Below are positions 20,301 through 29,200 of a stretch of 64,000 bases of DNA, piece after piece (the first letter of the stretch is position 1; every line of letters starts with the position of its first letter). The position numbers and the translations under genes were made by a program. The notes below the pieces were generated by a model that saw only the letters and a program-made list of their open reading frames with translations, ran no database searches and was not told the origin of the DNA. The DNA is from a virus: the IMG/VR virus record IMGVR_UViG_3300023180_006024; one strand, 5' to 3'.

Positions 20301-23182
20301 GATGTTTCTGTAGGTGTTGGAATATAGTCATTTGTTATGTCACCTTCACTACTTACATCAAATGGATCTGGAAGTGTATCTGGATCTCTAATAATATCTG
20401 TAACAATATTAAATCTACTTTGAACAAAATCCTCAACTTCTGTAGTAATCTGTCCATATCCTGAGATTTCTGTGTTTGCAAGTGTAGCAGCTTGTTGAAT
20501 AGCTTTGATTGTTTGCAGTTCTTGTCCTGAAATTTGACTTCTAGAACTGTCTGCAATGTTTGCAGTAAAGTAACTCAAACCTGCGTTTCTAGAATATCTG
20601 TTTCCTGTATCCCACGTATCTTTAGCAACTGCATTTACAATCAGTTTTGTATCTCTCAAACATTTTGATTGATCATATGTAAAGTTGTACCACAATCCAG
20701 CATCGATTTGTTCATTAATGTATTGTGTAACTCTTTGAGCAATGTTAGTTGCACCTTCTGTTCCTAATGCATTGTTAGAATCGGCAACAAGTGTTTGGTT
20801 CGGCCATGTTGTGTCTGGTTCGCTTCTAACGATTTCGCCACCGTCGTTGTCAAGGTGATCAACTACAATTTGTACAAGTGCTTGGGCTTGTGTGCTTGCT
20901 GCTGCACTACCTGCGGCTGCACTTGTATCCTGTGTTTCCACATTTCCACTTGAAACTGTAACAGTGTTTTCTAAAATAACATCACCAATAACATCTTTGA
21001 GTCTGCCGTATGCAGCGATTGTTTCTTCTTTTTCACCTGATCCATATTGTGCGGATGTTCCGACAAAGTATTGGAAAGCTGCATCTCTAGTAAGCAAGTT
21101 ACCACCGTATGTCAAGTCATAAACAAGTGCATCAATAATAAGTGCAGTGTCTCTTTCGCACTTTGTTGCGTTATAAGTAAAATCTGTTGCAAACGGAGGT
21201 GTTCCTGCTGCAACTTGATCGGCAATCCATGCTGTAACTTCTTTCTTGATAAATGTTTTGTTGTTTAATAGCTGTGTAACTGCATTTGCATAGCCACTGT
21301 CACTAGCATTTCCAGTTCCGCCTGTTGGAGTTGGATAGCTGTATGTGTCTGCAATCTCTCCAGGAACATCGTTACTACTACCATTGGTAATAATATCAAT
21401 AACTTCATCCCAAAGGGCATTTGCTCTGGTAACTGCTGTTGCATCATTTAATGCTGCTGCGGTATATGCTTTTGCTTGTGTAAATGCTTCTACAGTTTGA
21501 TCTCTTTGATCATTAATAACAGTGTCGCTTGTTCCGTTATAATATTTAATAGCACTACTAATAGTTCTGTAGTTACTGTTAAACATAATATCGTAACGTA
21601 TAGCATCTAACAAGAATCTTACATCTCTTCTACACTTTTCTTCATTGTATGTAAATCCAGCCCAAATATTTGCAGTAGCTGATGAAATCTGTGCATTAAT
21701 CCATGTGACAGTGTCATTAGCAATCTGGTCTTCTTTACTTTTAAGAACATCATATGCTTCTTTATATCCTGGTTCTCTGTATCTAAGAACAAATTCTTCA
21801 ACTGGTGCTGTTCTGTTTAGCCCCACCATTGTGATAGTTTGTTTGCCTTCACTTTGACCAGTTTGAGTAACAAACGCACGGTCAAACTCGAACGCTTTTG
21901 GAGAATAACCAGATGAACGCAGAGCATACAAACCAAAGTTAGTAGCAGAGTTGGTAATAGAACAATAACCACCAGATTGTGTGTAAACACCGTTTAGTAG
22001 GAAGATTTGGAAACAGCTAACGATCTGTGCATAAGCATCGTTAAGTAGACGCCAACCTGTACCACCAAATGAAAGCATGGTGTATGCGTTAGCAACCATT
22101 GATTTACCTTGTTCAGGTACAGCGCCAATGGCAGGGTTTTCAGCTTCAATAGCAAACTGAGGAACGTTAGGAGAGTTTACAAGTGCACCATCAATCTTTG
22201 CACCACTACCTCCTAAAAACGAAATAATAGAACAGTTCTGTGTATACGGTGAAGTTACAATGCTTGGTTTTGTATTAGGTAAGTTTGTATATTCCGCACG
22301 GTCTGTTATATCTGTTGCATCAGGGTCATCAAACGTTGTTGCATAATCCCATGTAATCAATGGAACAAAGTTATCGTCAACGCCATCTCTAAATGTAAAT
22401 TCACCAAAGTAACATGCGTTACGAACACGTAGCATGTCCAAGTTAGCATTTGCAGGACGAATAATACATCCACGCAAACCGTCACCTTTGATAACAACGT
22501 TATCTGGAACAATAACTGGGTTGTCTTCTGTGTAGTCACCAACCGCAACTTTTATGTTAACACGTTTGTTGGTTAAAGTTCCATCAGGATTGTAAACTAA
22601 AGCACTTGCAAGTTTACATGCACGTTTAAGAGTTTTAACTGGTGCTGTCTGACCATCATTTTCATCGTCACCTTTGTCTGCACTAACATAGATAACATTT
22701 CCGCCAAACAAGTCTGAATCAACAAATTCTAGTTGTCCTGTAGCATCTGTACGTAGCAACTGACCTTTTGTACCTGCTGTAAGAGGCAAAGTTAGATTAT
22801 AACTAGCAGGAAGTGTATCAGGTGCTTTAATTTTTACTCCATCTTCACCAGATGCAGTAAGTTCTCTAAATGTAATAGCAGTTGCATTTTCCATGTCAAG
22901 GGCTTCTTTGATGTTCAAACCCTCGTTGGTTATTGTCATCTTTTCAGAATCATTAACTGTAAATGAAATCTCTGCTGATGCACTATCTCCTGCATCATCT
23001 ACTTTTACTTCAGTATTGTTTTCAAATATTCTTTTGGTAATATCTTGAACTGTATTATCATCACGCAGTAGGAACACTTTACCGTCTGCTGTGTTAATAG
23101 CTAGTTCGCCTGATTCTAGTTGAGATACTAGCGGTTGCTTACCCGCGACCGCACTTCGCTTGTGTCTAATCTTTGTTGCCAT
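11363..23182 (-). CDS. Giant tail fibre (3939 aa) with C-terminal peptidase S74 intramolecular chaperone
   Basis: N-terminal KRSAVAGKQP...GELAINTADGKVF fibre motif, a beta-helix-like domain, Gly/Thr-rich repeats, and C-terminal SDERLKTNI...IDKVKQLQG...GVLAQQV...VKYEKMVPLLIEAIKE. Confidence 0.85.
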   Translation of the reverse strand: MATKIRHKRSAVAGKQPLVSQLESGELAINTADGKVFLLRDDNTVQDITKRIFENNTEVKVDDAGDSASAEISFTVNDSEKMTITNEGLNIKEALDMENATAITFRELTASGEDGVKIKAPDTLPASYNLTLPLTAGTKGQLLRTDATGQLEFVDSDLFGGNVIYVSADKGDDENDGQTAPVKTLKRACKLASALVYNPDGTLTNKRVNIKVAVGDYTEDNPVIVPDNVVIKGDGLRGCIIRPANANLDMLRVRNACYFGEFTFRDGVDDNFVPLITWDYATTFDDPDATDITDRAEYTNLPNTKPSIVTSPYTQNCSIISFLGGSGAKIDGALVNSPNVPQFAIEAENPAIGAVPEQGKSMVANAYTMLSFGGTGWRLLNDAYAQIVSCFQIFLLNGVYTQSGGYCSITNSATNFGLYALRSSGYSPKAFEFDRAFVTQTGQSEGKQTITMVGLNRTAPVEEFVLRYREPGYKEAYDVLKSKEDQIANDTVTWINAQISSATANIWAGFTYNEEKCRRDVRFLLDAIRYDIMFNSNYRTISSAIKYYNGTSDTVINDQRDQTVEAFTQAKAYTAAALNDATAVTRANALWDEVIDIITNGSSNDVPGEIADTYSYPTPTGGTGNASDSGYANAVTQLLNNKTFIKKEVTAWIADQVAAGTPPFATDFTYNATKCERDTALIIDALVYDLTYGGNLLTRDAAFQYFVGTSAQYGSGEKEETIAAYGRLKDVIGDVILENTVTVSSGNVETQDTSAAAGSAAASTQAQALVQIVVDHLDNDGGEIVRSEPDTTWPNQTLVADSNNALGTEGATNIAQRVTQYINEQIDAGLWYNFTYDQSKCLRDTKLIVNAVAKDTWDTGNRYSRNAGLSYFTANIADSSRSQISGQELQTIKAIQQAATLANTEISGYGQITTEVEDFVQSRFNIVTDIIRDPDTLPDPFDVSSEGDITNDYIPTPTETSFDAATALDVATGIFTIVGHGFTNLQKVVYSANGNTIIGGLDDEQTYYVNIINEDEFTLAYDDGGEFEVTIFSNFSNTGNHIFKSNIIEFFVEEVLSSHTTYQTLELESGAESYNFVPGRAITGSTGANNNSAIVASWIPADRLLVVSIEEVTVGSSTLRIQFDATSTITEDHSGTPNTNIGVNEVSTKRGLSTATFSITATDGSSSVTNTINLPEKQLWFHRPSIVNSSAHTWEYAGSGTDYNALPQNGGNTREEYEQFEELPGRCYSSGTNELGDFKVGDFITAFNRTGNITFRNKVQVDELDALKLSVSDVAIEEISTDVNLGDDEIGGASNNRLSTQLAVRSFLSNRLGGFIDKTVSSAAVPGAIVQLNVNGQLNADLIPATRQFTNTNTKGYRSRLEQIEDIPAVDLKAGDIGTEEYEQVELNLSGTITASDGDTITQPGVTGATAYAKGDFSLSTNILVATIGEAWDKTDDSTGDPWEVSAGNIYVNGVDSGVNITSKGVSSEIIDNYFLRSSNSSQYLILDSDDTYTFTIATITDVSRSGNIATITTSGAHNINVDNNVKVAVDGDSTYNQNGLVLSVPTTTTFTIANTGDDEASKSVTGTANTIVTSADGNAQGAVTELREGIAASVDNANITTGSLYTPTTGSVIYENVSMTSVTGSGTGAKANITVQAGAVTDVDLTRGGTGYVAGDLLGANASDIGGTGSGFQIEISAIEDRAYVDILGGELFVASASSIDFVEDNTAVQNSNDINFDDTISHNFLAGTTGGGGAVNYTDSRVSVTAHGFSNGDPVTYDTLGNVAIGGLLNGNVYYIKVVDDDTFEVYDDFSLNTQITFLSTPANNNHNFTRYTVNLTDNSVVVVGHGFTTGDAIRLVSLEDGSTSNALPTVNGTEIASGARFFVGSVTLNSFTIHALRSDALSSINGLVTNARDIGTNGVGSARVIRNNVQVNAIVNTSSRLIANWNTLAVTNIDAENIISGTISPSRLGASGVANTETALFGNSEYKVVVQTLKKANTTDNPITLTGLNTAGEYYGDPVNIGIANADYDAGGTFSTLGVSRFLQTQFDVNSNGSGEVFIKDGIVDAGTLDGLDSAYFLNPANLTSAVPVDRGGTAITTYAQGDILYAQSSGTLNTLNIGRANTFLKSNGSTPEWGTALDLAEGLDVGSAKLSSSSDALGQVYNTNVTTLELGGDAHNVKIGKSSDTRDITSFALDYEATASQDVVVNLASIALDTSEATANAEKTLVFTDTTGVKYGMTVTGSGSIPANTTVTGVTETEVFLSAETTGTVLTSTEITFTYTPETLGVRAGDSIIISGSNVTNLDGTWPVSGATIDATSFTVRTAANVTAANVVVQGTISKDNTMVIRNRDVIFGSAEASASTSSAVIRGENGLGTNIAGGDITIQGGLSTGNATGGSVIIKTGQTGTSGETLQTSTTRMTIDTEGDVTVTGYTNFSDTSAVKLPVGTTAERPTAAQGQVRYNSTDGQFEGYDGTNWSGLGGVIDVDQDTYIVAETTSGTDNDDLDFYTAGTRRMQVDQDGNFNFGDGLNKVTMAYTTGNTNIAGDVEITGNLTVNGTTTTVDSATLIVEDKNIELGNVATPTDVTADGGGITLKGTTDKTINWVDATDSWTSSENFELASAKAYRINGNNVLTSTTLGTNVVNSSLQQLGTVNTGTWQATVINPTYGGTGVNNGSKTITLGGSFTHTGAHTLGLTTTGNTSVTLPTSGTLARTETGLNQFAATTSAQLASVLSDETGTGAAVFATSPEFTTGIEAASTTMALFDDTATTINFGGSATAIDIGASTGTTSINNNLDVDLDLNVDGGDITTNQTTFNLLNTNATTVNAFGAATAVDIGAATGTTSVNNDLDVDGDLNVDGGDITTNQTSFNLLNTNATTVNFGGGAATINVGAATSTVSFADDISVAGNVGISGTLTIPAIDNVPIGGTTPSTGAFTTLTASGLTTVTNNTSATSTSTGALVITGGLGVGGAVHGASFTGSIAASNIDSGTLADARIAVSNVTQHQASITGTGALNSGSITTGFGNINIGTSTFTGNGSGLTDLNASQLTSGTVQGTRLGGNQTMAGVKTFSDTSDASNSTSGAVRVGGGLGVAKKIYTGSGFYGNGANITALNATNLSSGTVNDARLPTSQAGKTFTSDITVNGHRIGRGNQGEATNLVFGEGGSIGTGAQFNTGIGDATFAGGLTGDRNTALGYNALNAVTTVSNNTAVGANAMEQRTNAGAGNTAIGKSSQSNSTAGDYNTSVGIEALELVTGDNNVAIGAFTGDTLTTGSNNVLIGYNVETAANTTSNAIIIGNASNDLFSVPGVNLSVNTTTFTFSGTTGFSGVGTNLTALNASQLTSGTVPDGRIAATSITQHQSSITGTGALGSGSITSGFGNIDIGTSNLTATGSVSLGATNLNGNVITGVEDIALADRIYHTGDSNNYIQFHATDQWRVVTAGVERLEVNNTTTTVSNNLSVTGSITGSGSGITSLNADNLGSGTVPNARISGSYTGITGTGALDAGSITSNFGDVNIGTNTFTGNGSGLTSVDADTVDGIQGASFLRSDANDTATGQITFQRDGEVFKIVAPTTNNSPYIGWYQGTTRRAYMQYVNGGTLRLASDATGERLDIGSGINGLKFYDNGTATAHTVWHSGNDGSGSGLDADTIDGIDSGSFIRSDANDTASGTYDYSSTSDDIIDFTGNSTSDNRGIAFNSRTALSADFDDGWLRMNNASEFTNGIYTPGNLRADGIIRVDSTRGITDVTGQYGTIQTSGSGVNGWEGLSIDGRIVLMHDGSSSTYLYNDVDNEAHFLAVRNSYFRLYYNGGTRLTCNNTTVDVSASFTATGEVTAYSSDERLKTNIRPIENAIDKVKQLQGVHYDWIDEVEELGFNPTIKVNDAGVLAQQVQKVLPQAVDYAPFDRLRDEQTGDDIGSKSGEDYLTVKYEKMVPLLIEAIKEQQEEIDQLKEMVKKLIDK
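14560..14900 (-). repeat. 162-nt (54-aa) tandem repeat inside the fibre gene
   Basis: Near-identical GGTTTGTTGT.ATATCGCCACCGTC.ACATTTAAATC at 14641 and 14803 (LNVDGGDITTNQTxFNLLNTNATTVN). Confidence 0.85.
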
Positions 23183-23289
23183 TAAGGCTGCCTCCTATTT
23201 AGGTGTGGGTCAAGTCTATAAAGACGCCCGTACTACACGATAGAAATCGTTGTAATGTTATTTATCATAGGAATAAAAGTGGCAGCTTT

Positions 23290-26200
23290 TTAGAAGCTAC
23301 CACCGTCGATTGTATCAGTCCAAACTGGTGTTGCATCCACATCGCTTGTTACAGTTAATATTTGGAAACTGTCTGTTGCATCAGCTGTGCCTGCTGCTGC
23401 TGTAACTTGAACTGGATCTGCTGCATTACCATAAAGTATACCATCTGTGGTAAATGTGCTTACACCAGTACCACCGTACTGTACTTCAAGATCAGTTGTA
23501 AGTGTTAGTGTTCCAACATCTGCATTTACTACTATTAATCTGTTGTTAATACTATCAATGATTTCTGTGCTGTCATCAGCAAATACACTTCCTCTAAACC
23601 CTGATGCGTCAAGTATACCAGTAACAAACAGGTCTTGATCTATTTGTAAGTCTGTTGTGATTGTTGTTGTATTTTCGCTTATTCTAAGTTTTTCAACTAG
23701 CGAACCTGCTATCATATTACTTACAACAAAGTCAAAATCTTCTTGTCCGCCGGTAACATCTTGAGCAATCACATCAAACTGTACACCTGTTTCAAAGTTG
23801 CTGTTTGTTGTTTCGAGCTCAAACTTCATACCAACACCAGAGCCTGCAACAGGTGTTCCACTTACGCTATGATGCGCTAGTGTAACTGGATAAACAATAT
23901 CATCTGCTGCGCTATCAGGAGCATTTGATACTATTTTAAAATCATCTGGTGTTTCAATAGTACCAGCTTTGATTAACAACTTATCAGTGTATAAATCTGT
24001 AAGTTGTAGTGTTCCAGTTGTATCACCGCCAATAAATCCTTGAACAAATAAGTTTTCTGCAACACCTAATCCACCTGCAATAGTAAGTGCACCAGTGTCA
24101 TATCTATAACTTGTGCTTGTGTTTGCAATATCAACTTGTATGCTAGAATCAATATCAAGATCGGTTTGTGTAAGAGTCAGTCTCTTTACACCATTAGTAA
24201 AGAACTCTAATGTATCTTCATCTGATCCTGGTGCTGTTTCTGGTCTAATAAATGTGTCTTGGTCAACGTCTTTTACGCCACCTAGCGAACCCCAAGCAGT
24301 ACCATCATAACCTTCAAACAAAGTATCATCTGTGTTAAATCTAATTTGACCTGTTACAGGTGATGTTCTTTGAGCAGTTGTACCAGCTGGAAGTTGGAGA
24401 CTTGCTGTACTATCAAATATAAAGTTTTCGTTGTTAAATGTAATAGTACCTGTTTCAGCACCAAATGTAATGCTTGTTGCATCTCCAAATGCATTTACTG
24501 TTGTAGCATTTGCATTTGCAAGATTAAATGTAGTTGCTGTTGTGGTAATATCTCCGCCGTTAACTGCAACATCTCCAGCTGCTTCAATATTTCTATCAAC
24601 AACAACATCAACACCTACAGTAAGGTTTTTCTCAATACCAACGCCGCCTTCGACAACTAATGCTCCAGTGTCTTTGTCAACACTATCAGTTACATTTTGT
24701 ATAACAATCTTTGGAGTTGCACCAAATGTAATATTTTCTGTAGTATTTTGAGTATCAACATTGATATAACTTGCAGATGCTTGTCTAACAGTGAATGCTT
24801 CTGCTGTGTTATCAGGAATGTTAAAGTCTGCATCACCAGCTACATTGATTGCATCTAATACTGCATCGTCACCAAATGTAAGCGAACCATCAACTTGCAT
24901 ATTGCCAGTAACAAATACATTACCGTTTATGCCCACGCCGCCTGATACTACTAATGCACCTGTATTTGAATCTGTTGCTTCTGTTGTGTTTTGGATTCTA
25001 ATAACTGGATTTACACCAAATAATACTTGTTCTGCACCATCTGTTGTGTTTACTTTGAAGTAACTGTTTGCACCTTCTAGTATTTCAAATGCACCTGTTG
25101 TAGCATCGTACACATTGTATGTTGCATTTGCATTAACTGTAAGATTGTCTACAACACTGTCGTTTGTACCAATAGTAACACTACCGTCTACATCAAGAGC
25201 ACCATTTAATACAGTGTTGTTATAAACTCTTAAATCACCTCTTACATTGAGATTTTTCTCAATGCCCATGCCACCTTCGATAACCAACAAACCACTGTCT
25301 GGACTGTCTGACTGGGTTGTTCCTTCAAATGTAATACTTGTTATTGTATCATCTAAACGGAATGATGTTGTGCTCAGATTCATTCTTTCCAAGCCATCTG
25401 TAACAAAACTCAGTTCGTTTTCATTTGATCCTGGCGAGCTTTCTGCTTCGATATATGTGTTACCATCTACATCTCTAACACCGCCTAGTGTGTTCCAAGC
25501 AATACCATCGTAGCCTTCAAAAATACCCAAGTCGGTGTTGAAACGAATATAACCTTCATCTGGGACAAGTCCTCTTTCACCTGTTGTACCTGTTGGTATT
25601 TTCATGTTATAAACACTGGTAAATCTAATGTAGTCGTTTTCTACTGTAAAGTTACCAGGAACAATACCTGCACTACCAATAGTGATTTCAGTAGCATCGC
25701 CAAACGCTTCAACTGTACCAGCTGTATCGTTGAATAAGCTCAAACTTGCGCTATCTGTACTAACAATAGTACCTTCGAAGAAAATATCGCCGCCAACATT
25801 TAAGTTTTTACCAATGCCTACGCCACCAGCAACTGTAAATGCACCGTCGGTTTTATTAGGACTTTCTTTATCGTTCAAAACACTAACAGTAGGAATAACA
25901 CCAAATGTAATGTTTTCAAGTGCATTTCTAGTATCAATACTAATATAATCTTCTGTACTCATGCTTACATTAAATGCTTGTTGAGTTTCATCAGGTAATG
26001 TTAGGTCAAAGTCACCAACAATAGTTGTATTGCCGCCTACATCAAGTGTACCAGTTACATCTAAATCATGTTTGATTTCTGTTAAACCAACTGTGTCAGC
26101 ACCTATTACAATACTAGTTGCACCACCTGCAAAGTTCACTGTGCTTGCGTTATCGTTGATCAAGTTAAACACAGTTGAAGTTGTACTTAAATCGCCACCG

Positions 26201-29200
26201 TCTACTGCAATATCAGTTTCAAACTGTACATCGCCTTCTACAACACCGCCAGTTAGTTTGTTTAGATATCTGTTTTCAACATACGTTACAACTGCAACTT
26301 GTGTAGGCACTGTATTAATATCAGCAACACCTGTGCTTGCAGTCATGTCTGCATTGTTACTTACTTCTTGTAGTTCAACACCAACAGGAATACCAAAACG
26401 TTTAAATGGACCAATACTTGCAATACCACTTAGATTGATTTCTTCAGCGTTTAATGTAATAGCACCTGTAAGTGCATTAACATTAAAGAAGTTACCAACT
26501 TTAAAGTTACCGATTTGGTCAACTGTACCACCTGCAAAAACCTTACCGTTATCTGTTTCAACAAACTCGTTTTCTGCAATAGGTGATCCGCCAAAGAATG
26601 GTAGAGCATTATAGGTAATACCTGCGCCAACATATTCAAATGCATGACCCGAAGTACTAACTGTGCTAACACGTTGCATACTTCCTTTTGTACCTTCAAG
26701 AACAGAAACAACACCTGGGAACAATGTTAGATTAGCTATACCACCATATTCGATGTTAAGTAGTCTAATCGCTTCATCTACAATATCGTCTAAATCATTT
26801 AAGATATCTTCACGCTGTTGTTTGACAAGAGAAGTTGGTCCTAAACTATCATAATGATGATCTTCCTCTGCAGGCAAATACGAAGTTCCTCCATATTCTA
26901 TAACATCTGCAATTTTATTGATCAATAAAGATGCATAGCCACCTGATGTAGAACTTCCGCCTATTGTTCCATAAGTTTGTGTTTCTGTAGTTCCAGATGT
27001 TGCTGTTACTTTCAAGTTTTGTGCAACTTTTTCAACTACGTCAGCAAGATGTCTATAGCTTAGTTCTGTAATAGATTCTTGTCCTGCAATAACTGCATTA
27101 CTATAATATGCTTCAGCTGCACGACGAGTTTGTTTATTGCCTCCAAACGTCATATCATAAACTGCTGCATCAACAATATAGGCAGTGTCTCTTTCACATT
27201 TTGCAACATCATAATCAAAAGATACAATGTTATCTGTAATATATGTAATAGTGCCTTCTTGTATTGTTGAGATATTATTCTCAACATTTATCATTGCTTC
27301 TGAAAGTCCAACTTCGATCCAGCTTACATCAGGGTTGCTGTTTTGCGGAGTTGTTGCAAGTCCGTCTGAATCAGATATAGCAGTAATAACAATATCAAAT
27401 AATTCACCAAGTTCTTCGCTTTCTGACGATGTTCCATATGTTCCAGATATACTTTGTGTTTCTGGATTACCAACCTCAGGAACAACAGCAGCACCTTGAA
27501 TGACTTGAATAGCTGTATCTCGCAAATGTTCTAATGCATCTTGTGTTTGAGATTCTTGTCCATAAACTTGTATTACACCGTCGTCAAAATAACTACGAGT
27601 AGCAATCAAAATACTTCTATTACCAAGATATAATAAGTCATGTGTAGCCGCATCAATAATACGTCCAGTATCTCTGCGACACTTGCTTTCATCATAACTA
27701 AATCCGTTTAGTACAGTATTAATATAGTTAATGTTATCGTCAAGTAACGCAGTTCTGTTTGTATTAATCAAATCCTTACTTGCAAGCAAGTTTGAAGAAC
27801 TCCAAGTATCATCCAGTGCTTCGTCTGCTGGCAATAACTCTAAAGTATTTGCTTTTACTACATCTCTAATAATATTAGCAAGTTCTGTTGATTTATTTGC
27901 TTCTTCACTTGATACAAGTCCAGCAGATGTATCTTGCCCTGAGTATGCTTCAAGTAAAACATCATATGTGATAAGACCAAGTTGTTCCATAGCGTTGCCT
28001 GTAGCAGTCCTTTGGTCTGCTGGAAGTTGACTTGTAGTACCAACAAAATATGCTTTAGCTGCTTCTTTTGTTGCAAGATTTGTGTTATAGTTTAAGTCAT
28101 GACTGATTGCATCAATAATGTAACCTAAATCTCTACGACATGTTGCTTCGTCATATACCAAAGATGGTTCGTTGTCTCTTATCCATAAAATAACTTCGTC
28201 TTCGATTAGTTTTCTATTATTTTGAAGCTGTATTCTTGCATTAGTGTGATCAACATTTACTCCAGTTGATGTCCATGTTAATGCATCTGCATTTGCTGTA
28301 CCATTAGTTAAAATATCAATCACTTCATCAAATGCTGCACTTACTGCTGAGATACTTGGAGCATCTGTAAGAACTGCTATTGTTTGTGTTTTTAATCTTG
28401 TGATTGCTGAGATAGTTTCGGTTAACTGATCGTTTATAACTTTTGCGGAGTTTGCTCTACGATAAGATAGACCATTCAACACAGCCCAATAGTTTGTTCC
28501 TAATGTTAAATCTTTTATAATACCATCTAATATTAATCCACTGTCTCTTCTACATTTTGTTGCATCATATATAAAATATTGATTGTTAATATGTAGAACA
28601 GTTTCTTCAATCAAGAAATCTCTATTATCTTGTAGCAATCTCGCTGAATCAATACGTTCTTGGCTAGCAGGAGTTGGTGATGGAAATGTTGTACCTTCAC
28701 TTGGTTCTACTTCGTATTGAACAATATTAAAGAAGTTTTCAAAGTTTTCTGTAATACGTGTTGTTGCAACTGAATCTGCTGCTGCATATGCTAATGCTTG
28801 TGTTTTAACATATCTTAGAGCCATTATAGTTGCAGGATTTTGATTTACATTAAAATACGTTGCTGTTGCACGTTGATATGCTTGAGCTGCAACTATTGTG
28901 TTGTGATTAGTTCCTAATCTTGTATCGCGAATGACTGCTTCTAAAACCAGTTGTACATCTCGTTTACATTTTGTTTGATCGTATGTAAAATCAGGATAGT
29001 TTTCTAAAACAAATGTTGTAGTTTCTTCTCCTAGATTATTTCTTTGTCCGTATGTTGTTAATGCTGCTGCTTCAACATCATCTGCTGCAAAACTAATATC
29101 AGGCAAAATTTGTTCTGGCAGATTGTTTAGATTACCCGCATCAATAACATCGATAATGATTTGCACTAGTTGTTGTAAAATAGTAGATTCTGTACCTGTT

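Noticed and set aside
9267-23182. Diversity-generating retroelement or invertase-driven fibre switching
   Set aside because: No reverse transcriptase, recombinase, template/variable repeat pair or inverted crossover sites seen in this window.
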